Positions 51,440-64,000 of a DNA stretch of 64,000 nucleotides are shown here, in pieces. Each line of letters begins with the position of its first letter. Position 1 is the first letter of the stretch. The DNA is from Chiloscyllium plagiosum. Its lineage: Eukaryota. The stretch lies in the NCBI RefSeq assembly GCF_004010195.1, contig NC_057712.1:62430539-62494538 (forward strand), read 5' to 3'. Below the pieces are notes generated by a model, which did no database searches, was not told the origin of the DNA, and was given only the letters and a program-made list of their open reading frames with translations. Both the position numbers and the translations under genes were made by a program.

Positions 51440-53240
51440 ATGACCACAGCAACAGGAGTAGGCCATTCAGATCCTTGGGGCTGCTCGGTCATTCAGTTGG
51501 ATCATGGCTGATTCGAGATTCCTCATGTCCATTTTCCCGTGCTTTCCATGTCACCCCAGATCCCTGGTTGATCAGCGATCTACCTCAACCTTAAATATGG
51601 ACAAGAACTCTGACCTCACTGCTCTCTGTGGAAATGAGTTTCAAAGACTCAACCCTCCAAGTAGAAAATGCTCCTCATCTCAGTCTTAGATTGGTGCCCC
51701 TTTCTGCTGAGACTTCATTCTAGTCATAAATTTTCCCACAAGGGCAAGTATGCTCCCAACATTTATTTTAATAATTCTACATGTTTCGATGAGATTATCT
51801 CATTTTTTCCCCAACACCAGTAACCTGTTTACGCGTCGCCCATGTGACAATCAGTGCATGGATCATTTTAGAGAACTTTCTCCGAATTGCCTCCAATGAA
51901 ACAACATATTTCCTTAAAGAGAAGAAAAAGTGCTTACAATTCTCCAGATGTCATCTTGCCAACACCTTGTATAGATGTACTAAGACTTCCCTATTCTTTA
52001 ACCCTCTTGAACTAAGGGCCAACATTCCATTAGCCTTCCTGATTACCTGCTGTACATTGTGTGCTAGCTTTCTGTGTTTCATGTGTAAGAAACCTCCAAG
52101 ACCTTAAGTGTTGCCGTTTTCTCTATTTAGATATTATATTATATTCTTTTGATCTCCTTTCCAAAGTGAACAATATTTTTTTTCTGCACATTATACTTCA
52201 ATTGGCAACGTTTTGACAACTAAAAACTGGTCTTTCAACCTAGTTTTGTGTCTCTACAAATATGGCTACAATATATTCTCCAATTTTATTAATATATTTT
52301 GTTAAATATTTGTGGTCCTTCTCCCCGAGAAGCTTATGATCACAGGTCACCAATCTGAAAAATAACTCCTTATACCCATTTGCTGTTTCCTGCCCATTAG
52401 CCAACTCTCTATCAATGCCAATATACACCATGGGCTCTTCTGACTTAACCTTTTGTAAGACAGCTTGTTGAACACAGTCTGGAAGTTTAAACACAATACG
52501 CTGTCTACTGGTTCCCTTCTATCCACCCTCTTTGAGGCTGGTTTGCAAAATTTTGTTAACATTATTTCCCATTCATGAATACATACTGACTCTGCTTGAT
52601 TAGATTATGATTTTCTAAGTGTTTTGCTATTATAGCCTTAATAATTAATTTTAATACTTTTCCCAATAGATGTTAGGCTAATCAGCCTGTAATTAACTGT
52701 TTTTTGCCTCCCCCACTTTTGGAATAGTAATGTCACCTTATTAGCTTTCCAATCCTCTGATTATACTTTTAGAATCCAACAATTATTGGAAAATTGCAAA
52801 TCAATGCATGATCTCTGCACTATATCTTTTAGGATCATAGGATGCAGGCCTTCAGGCTCTGGGGCTTCGCTGCCTTTAGCCCCATTAGTTTATTTAATAC
52901 TACTTCTTTAGTGATGGTCATGGAACTTAATTCCTACCCCATATTCTTTAGTATTAATGTAACGGTGTAAGTACAGGGTGACTGCCATATCTGCAGAGTA
53001 GGTTTCCGTGGTTTTAGCTACCCGCGGATTACCAAACATACTACATGGAGCATTCTAGAACCAAGGACCAGGAGACTGCTGGGGAGGTAAGTTTCCCATT
53101 CAAATGAATGGGTTCATTACTATCTGTGGTTTCAGGCTTCTGCGCTAAGTGTTGCAGCATATTCCCCCAGGGGTTCAGGGGTACCACTGTATATTCTACC
53201 ATAAAGTATCTGTTAACTCCTCTGTCATTTCTTAGTTCCG
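51440..53240 (-). mobile_element. Old CR1 ORF2 fragment
   Basis: LNFQTVFNKL..IESWLMGRKQ. Confidence 0.7.
52974..53189. mobile_element. Tigger2/MER8-like MITE nested in CR1
   Basis: TA|CAGGG ... CCACTG|TA; internal TTTCCGTGGTTTTAGCTACCCGCGG and TACTATCTGTGGTTTCAGGC. Confidence 0.65.
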
Positions 53241-53439
53241 CAAAATGTATCCACCCACGTCTACCCTTCCAGGCTGTTCTTTCCAGACACCACCGATCTC
53301 TAGGTGGAAAGGTCTTTCTTCAAGCCCCCTGCAAGCCTTTCACATTAAAGTTATGCCCCCTTGTGATTGACCCTTGGATTAAACGGGAACAACTGCTTTC
53401 TATTCCCTCTGTCCCTGCCCCTCAGATCCTATGCACATC

Positions 53440-54760
53440 TGTCATAGAGAATAACAGGTCCAACCTGTCCACGCCAACCAGACATCCCAACCCAAACTAG
53501 TCCCACCTGCCAGCACCCGGCCCATATCCCTCCAAACCCTTCCTATTCATATATCCATCCAGATGCCTTTTAAAATATTGCAATTGTACCAGCCTCCACC
53601 ACTTCGTCTGGCAGCTCATTCCATACACAGACCACCCTCTGTGTGAAAAAGTTGCCCCTTAGGTCTCTTTTATATCTTTCCCCTCTCATCCTAAACCTAT
53701 GCCCTCTAGTGCTGGACTCCCACACTGCAGGGAAAAGACTTTGCCTATTTATCCTATTCATGTTCCTCAATTTTGTAAACCTCTATAAGGTCACCCTTCA
53801 GCCTCCAACGCTCCAGAGAAAACAGCCCCAGCCTGTTCAGCCTCTCCCTATAGCTTAAATATTCCAATCCTGGCAATATCCTTGTAAATCTTTTCTGAAC
53901 CCTTTCAACACTCCCTAGGACCTTACCATTAAGTGTATAAATCCTGCTAAGATTTGCTTTCCCAAAATGCAGCACCTTGCATTTATCTGAATTAAACTCC
54001 AAATGCTAGTTCTCAGCCCATTGGCTCATCTGATCAAGGTCCTGTTGTAATCTGAGGTAACCCTCTTCACTGTCCACTTCACCTCCAATTTTGGTGTCAT
54101 CTGCAAACTTACTAACCATTCCTCTTATGCTCGCATCCAAATTATTTCGATAAATGACAAAAAGTAGAAGTTCCAGCACCGATCCTTGTGGCACTCCACT
54201 GGTCACAGGCCTTCAGTCTGAAAAACAACCCTCCATCACCACCCTCTGTCTTCTACCTTTGAGCCAGTTCTGTATCCCAATGGCTAGTTCTCCCTGTATT
54301 CAGTGAGATTTAACCTTGCTAATCAGTCTCCCATGGGAACCTTGTCTAACGCCTTTCTGAAGTCCACATAGATCACATCTACCGCTCTGCCCTCCTCATC
54401 AACCCTCTTTGTTACTTCTTCAAAAAACTAAAATCAAGTTAGAGACACATGATTTTCCATGCACAAAGCCACGTTGACTATCCCTAATCAGTCCTTGCCT
54501 TTCCAAATACATGTACATCCTATCCCTCAGGATTCCCTCCAACAACTTGCCCACCACTGACGTCAGGCTCACTGGTCTATAGTTCCCTGGCTTGTCTTTA
54601 CCACCCTTCTTAAACAGTGGCACCATGTTAGCCAACCTCCAGTCTTCCGGCACCTCACCTGAGACTATTGAATGATACAAATACCTCAAAGAGGCCCAGC
54701 AATCACTTCCCCAGCTTCCCACAGAGTTCTAGGGTATACCTGATCACATCCTGGGGATGT
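53440..54760 (-). mobile_element. Younger CR1/HER1-like LINE 3' fragment
   Basis: VPEDWRLANMVPLFKKG..NYRPVSLTSVVGK; TSGVPQGSVL..KFADDTKIGG. Confidence 0.92.
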
Positions 54761-54769
54761 GATCATTAA

Positions 54770-56000
54770 TGTATTTCATCTATCAGGTCCCCACTCAACC
54801 TTCTCTGCTCTAAAGAAAGCAATCTTATCCAACCTCTCCTCATTCCTGAAATGTTCCATCCCAGTGAAGGTTCTTCACATCCCCTCTAGTGTATGCGGGC
54901 ACCAGAAGTGAACAGAGTATTCCAACTGTGGCCTAACCAAAGCTCAGTACAGCTCCAACATAACCTCATGGTCTAATAATCTATACCACACCCCAGTCAG
55001 AGAGTCGGTCAACAACACAGGAACAGACCTTCGGTCCAACCTGTCCATGCTGAACATAATCCCAAATTAAATTAACCCCACCTACCTGCTCCTGGCCCAC
55101 ATCCATTCAAATCTTCCCTATTCATGTTTCCATCCAAATGTCTTTTAAACATTGTAATTGTATTCGCATCCACCACATCCTCAGGAAGTTCATTCCACAT
55201 GTGAACCACCCCCAGTATAAAAAAAATTAGCTTTTATTTTTCCAAAATTTCCTCCCACCTTAAAAACGTGCCTCCTAGTCTTGAAATTCCCCATCCTAGG
55301 AAAAAGACAACTACCATTAACTATCTATATCCCTCGTTATTTCATCAACTTCTATCAGGTCTCAACCTTCTATGCTCCAGTGAAATAAGTCCCAGCCTAT
55401 CTACCCTTTCTTTATAACTCAACTCCCATACCTGGTAACATTCTGGTAAATCTTTTCTGAAGCCTCTCTATCTAATATCCTTCCAAAACTGGTCAACCAA
55501 AACTGGACATAGTATTCCAGATGAGGACTCACCAATGTCCTGTACAACTTCAATGACTTCCCAAACTCCAACAATCAAACAAATGAGCAATAAAGGCAAA
55601 CGTGCCAAAAGCCTTTTTACCCACCCTGTCTATGTGTGATGCAAACTTCAAAGAATTATGTACCTGCACTCCTAGGTCCTTCTGTTCTACACCACTACCT
55701 GAGGCCCTACAATTAATTGAATCAGCCCTATCCTTGTTTGTTGTACGAAAATGTAATATCTAGCATTTTTCTAGATTGAACACCGTGTGTTATTTTTCAG
55801 CCCATTGACCCATTTGTAATGTTAGAAATCCTTCTGCACGGTCTACTGTGCCACCAATTTTGGTGTCATCTGCAAACTTACTAACCATGCCTTCTATATT
55901 CTCATCAAAATCATTTATATAAATGACAAACAAAGGAGGACCCAGAACCAATCCCTGTTGAACACCACTAGTCACAGGCCTTCAGTCCAAAATGCCACCC
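54770..56000 (-). mobile_element. CR1 3' fragments
   Basis: TSGVQQGLVLGPPLFVIYIND..KFADDTKIGG. Confidence 0.85.
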
Positions 56001-56920
56001 ACTATTGAGGCCCCAGTGCACCCCTGAGGGACACATGGATATCATGATCTCCAAAACTGCATTGCAGGCTGCATGAATCTGCCTTCATAAATTATTTAAA
56101 GTTGTCTAAATTTCAAAGCATCCAAATTTCAAACAAGATTGTGCCCTATAACCATCAGCTGTTTCACATACACAATGTGCGTAGAAAAGATAATATTAAA
56201 CTTGCTGGTCTGTCAATTTGCCTGCACAAGTCCAGTATCACATGCAATTTAAACACTATTTTTAAGAACACAACTGCTATGCTGGTGTAACCATATTTGC
56301 TCTTGGACAGTTTAATTAAAGCTCCTTTAATGGCCAAGGCAAAAATCGGCCACACACCATGCGTTGGATCTTGCCTCTTGATAGATGTTATTTAATACAA
56401 TCAGAAGCTGCTCTGTTTCTAATGAGCAAATTTTTTTAACCAGTAATACACGCTTTGTTGGATGCTTCCAAACTGACCAAGCATCCAATCAAAATATATG
56501 TGTACACCTGCTGAAAAGGCATCTTGGGCAATATTACTGAAACTGATCAGTTCATTGAAATTAGTTTCTTTACTTACATGTTTTGGGAAAAAATGAAATA
56601 AAATGTGGGTAAAATAAGTTATTAACCAAAATGCCAACATGAAAACGATAAATTAGTGTTCTACCATAATGCACAGCTTGATGCAATAATCTTGGTATCT
56701 TGCCAAGATAAAGTTCTATTTTACAGTACATCATTTTTCAAAATTAGTGGAAGCTCCTGTAATTCTCCATTAAATTATCTGAGTGACTGAGCACAAGAGT
56801 GGGTCAGGGAAAAGGAGGAGAAATATAGCATAATGAACAAAACAATAGCATGCTAATTTAAATTAGACATAGGCTACAGAAAATGCAACAGACAGAAAGG
56901 CAGCAGCATGGAATACTTAC

Positions 56921-56932
56921 ATAATTTATCAC
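56921..56932 (-). other. Candidate 12-nt in-frame CD2AP microexon (VINY)
   Basis: tatttcttctacAG|GTGATAAATTAT|GTAAGT; phase 0 fits this intron; repeat-free island. Confidence 0.35.
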
Positions 56933-57449
56933 CTGTAGAAGAAATACCTCTTTAAAACAATTGTGCATGCTAAATGATGGGAATGGGACAAAAAACAATT
57001 CTGGTGAATGTTACTTACAGAAATGTAAATCTGAATCTTTTGTCAGCTTTTCCATCAAACCAAATAACATTTCTCTCAAACTCAAAAAATGCATCACATT
57101 TATTTAAAATTTAGTCTGCACAGCCTTTTCAGTGAAAATAATTAAAATTAGTTGGGCTTTCTGAAAACATTTGGTTCAAACTAAATCTCAAATTGTCATA
57201 GTTTCAAATCTTAGTTTCAAAGATATTAACAAAAAAGCTGTTGGAAAAAACAAATTAACATTTGTAAGCAGTTCTATAAAGATATTGGGATTTCAATTGC
57301 ATTTCAGAGTTCAGTAGCATACAAGCTTAAAATGAGCAATTAAATTAATTATTTCTTTAGTTGCAGAAATTGCCAGAAAAATTACATGGAATAACAAAAT
57401 TAACAACCATTAATCTTCTGTGAAAGCAAGACACCACAGAGTCATCAAA

Positions 57450-58110
57450 CCATAGAATCGTACAGTACAAAAACAGACCCTTCAGTCCAACTCGTCCATG
57501 CCAACCAGATATCCTGAGTTAACCTGATGCCATTTGCCAGCATTTAGCCCAACTCCCTCTAAACCCTTCCTATTTATGTGCCCATCCAGATGCTTTTTAA
57601 ATAATGCAATTATACCAGCCTCCACCACTTCCTCTGGCAGCTCATTCCATACATGCACCACACTCTGCGTGAAAAAGTTGCCCTTAAGTGCCTCTTAAAA
57701 TCTTTCCCCTCTCACATTAAACCTATGCCCTCTGGTTTTGGAGTCCCCTACCCTAGAGGAAAAGACCTTGGCTCTTCAGCCTATCCATGCCCCTCATGAT
57801 GTGTTAAACCTCTAAAATGTCACCCCTCGACCTCCGAAGCTCCAGGGAAAAACAGCCCCAGTCTCTTCAGCCCCTCCCTGTAGTTCAAACCTTCCAACGC
57901 TGGCAACATGCTAGTAAATTTCTCAACATCTTTCCTATAGTACAGAGACACAAAACGAATGCAGTACTCCAACAGTGGCCGAACCAATGTACAGCCGCAA
58001 CATGACATCCCAACTCCTATACTCAATGCACTGACCAACAGGAGTGTACAAATTGCCTTCTTCACCACTCTTGTCCACCTGCAACTCCATTTTCAAGCAA
58101 TTATGAACCT
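57450..58110 (-). mobile_element. CR1/HER1-like 3' fragment
   Basis: LVRPLLEYC..LGLF; CR1 tail. Confidence 0.85.
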
Positions 58111-58397
58111 ATAAATATTGCACTAAGGGCTAACCCCTCCACTGAAACTATGTTAGAGATCGAGTCACTTGAGAATGCTGAGCTGCCTTCCACTGGAGAC
58201 TATCTACACAACATTATAAATGGAATACATAGATTACTCCTTGAACATTTCAATATAGCCAAACAAAAGTCAGGCATGATGGCCAGAACAATAAATCACT
58301 AGATATGTCACAATCATCGTTCGGCATTTTATCCTATTTTCATACAGACCTCTGGAGCAAACAACCGTTATGGTAGAATTCATGGATGCAATGGGTC

Positions 58398-58427
58398 TGC
58401 GCGCGCGCACGCACGCACACACACACT
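58398..58427 (+). repeat. (CG)n(CA)n alternating purine-pyrimidine microsatellite
   Basis: tgcgcgcgcgcacgcacgcacacacacac. Confidence 0.9.
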
Positions 58428-58980
58428 CAACTAATATTACTTTAAAAGCCCTGTTCCACTTGCGAATTATCACCTGCACAATCTTTCACAAAATAAAATC
58501 AGTCTGACCATATGAATCAAGTAAAATCACAATAAGAATTATGATACATAATTAATGATGTATTAAAGAGTAAAATTATAAAGTATGTCAAGGCAATAAC
58601 TCATTTAGCTTCAGGACAATACAAGCACCACTCTCAACTCCTCAGATACTAAAGCAATCCATGCTCAAATACAACAAGATCTAGACAAGATCCAGGACTG
58701 GGCTGAAAAGTTGCATGTAAAGTTTGAACCAAACAATTCTTTGTTCAACAAGTAGTCATAGCCATTCTAAGAGTTTAACAAAAAGGAATCTGTGACTAAA
58801 TTTGAAACCCAAAAGAAACCTGAACACCGCTTTTTTGGGATATTACTCATCATGTACAGTACTATACAACTTCCTGAGTGGCAAGAGGCCGATATACATT
58901 GTTGCATTCTGTTCTATTTATGATGCCTTCCATAAATGACAATACAATGCTCAAGGAATCTCACCTTATTGTAGTTAATA

Positions 58981-59180
58981 TTAAAAATCACAACAGTAGG
59001 TTATAGACCAATAGGTTTATTTGGATGCACTAGCTTTAGCAGTGCTGCGCCTTCATCATGTGGTTGTGGAGCAGTGCTCTGAAACCTAGTTCTTCTAAAT
59101 AAACCTGTTGGATTATAACCTGCTGTTGTGCAATTTTTAACTTTGTCCACCCCAGTCCAACACCAGCTTGTTCACATCAT
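58981..59180. mobile_element. Older palindromic Penelope-derived insert, same family as 24739
   Basis: Diverged inverted arms plus the same 3' tail CCCCAGTCCAACACC. Confidence 0.8.
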
Positions 59181-60159
59181 GCACTTAATTTGGCCTTGGT
59201 ACCACAAAGATAGTATTTTATATTTGTACAATCATACCATTAATGCGAAGAACAAATTCAACTAGCCAAGTAAGCAGCTTAAAACCTTACGAAAAGAGCA
59301 GACATATTTGCTCAAATCACACCCAGGTAATTGACAAAATAAAACATCACGGAACAAAGTCTAATAGGAGGCTTTGAAACAAGCCTTCTGGCTTTTTACA
59401 ACAGGCTTGCAGTTGCCCAATTACGTACTTATGCAAGCTTCCCTCGTCTCAGCAACTCATCTGCTGCTCTTCAACAAAGCAGAAATCAATCTAATAGTTC
59501 AGAGAAATCCAACTGTAGAAAATGTCAGGTTTAATAATGAGAATGTTCAAATTACCATCAATTCTCAACCAAAATACCCAAAGAATATGTACAGAACTGC
59601 ACAAAACGGCAGTATTTTTTCCATTTCTTAATTGGGCAATGTAACACACACAAATGCACCCATAATTTACATGGCAAAAACAAAAACAAATCTACAGGTG
59701 AAACCTTAGATGACATCAAGGCTTACTGATTACTTACATCATTCATTCTTGAACTTTTTCCAAATGGATTAAAAGCTTACACAGGCACCTCACCTGAACT
59801 TAATCCTTAAGACTGAAGAATTGACAGGTTGGACCGAAAGGTCTGTTCCATGCTGTACATCTCTATGATTCTAAATGCATGAAGAGAACGTACAAGTAGT
59901 GCTTTTCCGGAAACAGGTATTCAATTGCATTTATCAGTGAGATGGATAGCTATGCCTATTTTTCCACTGTAAAAGCTGGCTATACTTGGAGTAATGTTCC
60001 ACATTGACATTTACAAATCATTCAATATAAAAGCCAATATTTTTGCTCTTTGCATGGAAAAGTAAATGAAATTGTTCAATATAGTCCCCAAAAATACTTA
60101 TTTTATGTGATTGAAAATGATATTTGGATTTTCTTAAGCTAATATTGTGACCTTGGAGT

Positions 60160-60474
60160 ATAGATTAGATTAGATTACTTCGTGTGGAAACAGGCCCTTC
60201 GGCCCAACAAGTCCACACCGCCCCGCCGAAGCGCAACCCACCCATACCCCTACATTTACCCCTTACCTAACACTACAGGCAATTTAGCATGGCCAATTCA
60301 CCTGACCTGCACATCTTTGGACTGTGGGAGGAAACCAGAGCACCCGGAGGAAACCCACGCAGACACGGGGAGAACGTGCAAATTCCACACAGTCAGTCGC
60401 CTGAGGCAGGAATTGAACCCAGGTCTCTGGAGCTGTGAGGCAGCAGTGCTAACCACTGTGCCACCATGCCGCCC
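60160..60474 (-). mobile_element. HE1-like SINE (young)
   Basis: Intact head and V-domain; (TAGAT)n tail at 60161-60177. Confidence 0.9.
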
Positions 60475-63021
60475 ACTAAGACTGAGATACTCAGTCAAAA
60501 TGTGGTATCTCCAAGTTACAGGATGCCAATTTAAGCAGCTGCAAACTCACTGTAAAGGTCTTTTGTCAAACAGCTCTCATCTTCATCAGCAGTAGTCCGT
60601 TCTGCATGATGGTGAGTGGAGTTCCAAGATCTGACTTACCGACTTATCCTTCCAAGATCTGACCAAAGCACACTACACATACACATTAATGAATTTAAAA
60701 AACATACTGCCCACTCACAAAACTGATCCGACTCACTAAGCACTTGTACATTATTCTGCAGGTCCCCTGGAAAGTTTCCATGGGCTCCATTTTGAAAACA
60801 AGCGCTTGATTGAAGTTTTAATTGCAAATTTGGATATGGACATTTCCCTTACTTGTGGCACATTTTAATTGGACAAGTGTATTGCAAATAAGATAGTGGC
60901 ATTAGTTGTCATTGCCCTAAGATCAAAGTGCTCAAAATACTAGCCAACTGATAACACCAAGTACTTTGAGAAGTGAATAGGACTCAAAACAATTTAGTAC
61001 GGATATGTATTTATCCTGGAACACACAAAAGATTTCTCAACTCACGAACATTATTTGTAGGGCACTGTCAAAACACACCAATCTGCATTTCCCATTCTTA
61101 ATAAAATAACAATGGATCAGGAGCAAACTCAAGAAACAGAATGGAGGTTAACATAGATTTCAGAAGATGATCATCTGTGGGACCAATCATGCTGATTATT
61201 GGCTAGTTCAGGTGGACTGTGAAAATTCTCAATACTGAAACTTCCCAGCGAAGGCAAGACCATAACATCACTCCTGCTGTAGAGAATTAGGAAAGAAAAC
61301 TGCTAAAAAGTTGGAATATAACAAAGTTGGAGACAAGTGACCCAGAATGCCTGATAACTTTAAAAAAGATCCATAATGCCTCTCCATTTTTATCCCCCAA
61401 ACAGACCCAGGTCTGGCCACTCTCTGATGCTTCCATCACAGATTCTGTCTGAGCAGTGGCTTAATGCAAGAAGGTAAAGTCGTGACTCCACTCTTCCTCT
61501 CCCACCACTCTCATGATGCCAAACAAACTGGGAATGCCCTGCAAGGATAGCAGTAGACACTGTAAAGATTACCACAATACAAGAAGTGGATTGAAACATT
61601 TTATTGGTATAATACAGCTTTTGTATTTTTTCTGCATTTAATAATTTTATTAATTCTGATTCCAATGATTTTTAGGATTTCTTAAATGCACTGTTACTGT
61701 TAATATTACTGACAAATTTATTGTTACTACTACTTTAAATTTGTTATTAATTTTAAGATGCCATGTTACTTAATGATTTGTGGTGGATGAGCAAGTGAGC
61801 AAGATGGCAGGAAGGTGAATGAGGGCTAATCATTGATCGTGGAGAGTTGGCTCGGAATGGAAGTTGGAACTGAGTGCAGATGGGGTGGCAGGCTCATTAA
61901 ATGTCCACGGGGCCTTAGGAGATCAGGAAAGATGGGGAAGATCAGGAAAGGCAGGGCCCCAAGGAGTGCATCGTGTATAGCTGAATGTAAAAGGAGAGGG
62001 GCGGGTACAGGGTCAGTTTAATAGTAACAAGAGTTAGACTAACTTTGATAGTTTCCCAGTAAAGATTAAATGATCAAGCCAAGACATTCAGAACTACTGA
62101 ATCCTCCAACTTGCAATAAGAGTTAGGGACATTTTTAGAAGTGTCCAGAATGCAGCTGATTACCTATTAAAAGTTTCGACCTACTGAGCAATTCAGATGG
62201 AATCACTGAGTCGGGATACGTTTTAACACGTAACTCCTGTCTATGCCGCTGCTATCACGATCTTCTTATAAGGAGACCTGAACCAATATGTCAAGTTAAG
62301 AGCTGATGATTCTTGACAGAGGAATGTCCCAGGGCTATGAACTGGGATCAGTGTTTCCACGTGACGTGGGTTACATTTCTAATGTCAAAGCAAATTTGTC
62401 AAACTTCTTGCTGTCATTAAACTTCCTGATGCTATCAAACCAGAATGGGTGGGGAAATCAAAACAAGCAACTCAGAAATTATACAAACACTTGGCAGACC
62501 AAGCCTCAAGCACGTCTGTTCATGTCACTTCAAAACAAGACACAAACCGTAGAGGAGACGCACTGGATTGAACATTTGAAAATTTGAAAAAAGCTGAGCT
62601 TTTCAGCCTGGAAGGCAAACACCCAAAGAAAGATTTTACACTAGTATGCAGTGCAGTGAAGACCAGAGATGGAAAAATCAGGAATACTATGTGTAACAGG
62701 AGACCTATGTTAACGAGCACAAAACTACATTTAAAACGGATATTAAAAAAGTGATTCATCAATAACCCTACAGCATAGAATTTCAATGAATCACAAGCCT
62801 TGGTGAAAACATTTCTCCTCAGCTCCAACTCATTTGTAACTGATGGATCCCTAATCCAGAAAATGTGCGGCCATGTATTTGTTTCTGTTTGTCAGGGAGC
62901 CTCTCAAAACCCCTTCTGTATCTTTTGTTTCAATTTCATCACTTTTCCTTCTTTTAGATATCAGCAGATGCAAATACAATTTACTCAGCCCATCATCCTA
63001 GGCCAACCCTCTCCTCCTGAA

Positions 63022-63280
63022 GACCACGGGGGCTCAGTGGTGAGAACTGCTACCTCACAGAGCCAGGGACCCAGTTTGGACCCAGGTGACTGTGTGAAGT
63101 TTGCACATTCTCCCCTTGTCTGTATGGGTTTCCTCCAACAATCCAAACAGGTATAGGTTAGGTGGATTAGCTATGGGAAATACAGGGATAGGGTAGCAGT
63201 GTGCGTTTTGGTGGGATGCTGTTTGGAGGACAGGATGGGCCAAGTGGCCTGTTTCCATATTTAAGATTCTGATTCCATGA
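63022..63280 (+). mobile_element. HE1-like SINE (diverged)
   Basis: GGCTCAGTGGTGAGAACTGCTACCTCACAG head. Confidence 0.75.
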
Positions 63281-63289
63281 CCAATTTAA

Positions 63290-64000
63290 TGAACCTTTGC
63301 TGTACCACCCCTACTGAAAGCATATCCTTTTCTAAATGAGACCAAAACTACACACAGTATTCCAGATGCGGTTTCATCAAAGCCGCTGAGAACTGCAGCA
63401 AGACTTGTTGTTGCACTTCAATTCTTTTGCAATTAAATCTGATATGCCACTTGCCTTCCTAGCTGCTTACTACAATTGCATGCAAACAATGTTACTGAAA
63501 CCATTACATACAGGTGTCTCTGAACATTAACAATGTTTAAAGTTTCACATATTTGTATTACAATTACAGTTCTTCCATTTTGCTTGAAAAATTAAATAAC
63601 TTCATTCTTCCTCATTATACTTGATCTAGCTTATTGCCCGTTCATTGAACCGGTCGCTATCACTTTGCAACTTGTATCTTCTGTACAACTTTAATTTTCA
63701 CCTCATTTTACTCTTAGATTCATTATGCTGCCTCCTTGTCCAAGTCATGAGCATCAACTCTCGTTAACAAGGTCCTATATTGATGCTTAATTTATTTTTA
63801 AATACTCATACAACTATTATTTGAAACCACAGGAGTAGATAAACCTCAGACACTCACCAGATCCTTAAACAATTCTTTCTGCTGTGCAGTCAGTATCATT
63901 CTGTCATAAAGATATACAGCACAGAAACAGACTCTTCAATCCCACTTGCCTATACCAACCAGATATCCTAAACTTATCCAGTCCCATTTGCCAGTATTTG
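63290..64000 (-). mobile_element. CR1 fragments, including a 3' end running off the window
   Basis: GACCAAAACTACACACAGTATTCCAG (reverse of LEYCV.FWS); CR1 tail at 63905+. Confidence 0.65.

Overview
Eukaryotic, repeat-rich vertebrate DNA, most likely a cartilaginous fish (shark): it is packed with HE1-like V-SINEs, CR1/HER1-like LINEs and Penelope-like elements. The whole window appears to lie inside a minus-strand CD2AP (CD2-associated protein) gene. Two coding exons are clear (26339-26486, exon-3-like; 5207-5310, exon-4-like, start of SH3B). They have canonical GT-AG sites and join in frame. I could not find the exon-2 or exon-5 equivalents here. The introns hold decayed CR1, Rex/L2-type and Penelope retroelements, solo-LTR-like sequences, a pogo/Tc2-like transposon relic, Tigger-like MITEs and one 385-N gap. 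Highlights: (1) a degraded parvovirus-capsid-like fragment at ~10.6-11.2 kb, a candidate endogenous parvoviral element; (2) short, often palindromic, TSD-flanked Penelope-derived inserts carrying minimal hammerhead-ribozyme cores, including a perfect 85-bp hairpin; (3) candidate in-frame microexons and alternative first exons in repeat-free islands of the large intron (56.5-57.1 kb, 60.6 kb). All family assignments are from motif recognition by eye, without database searches, and repeat boundaries are approximate unless a TSD is given.
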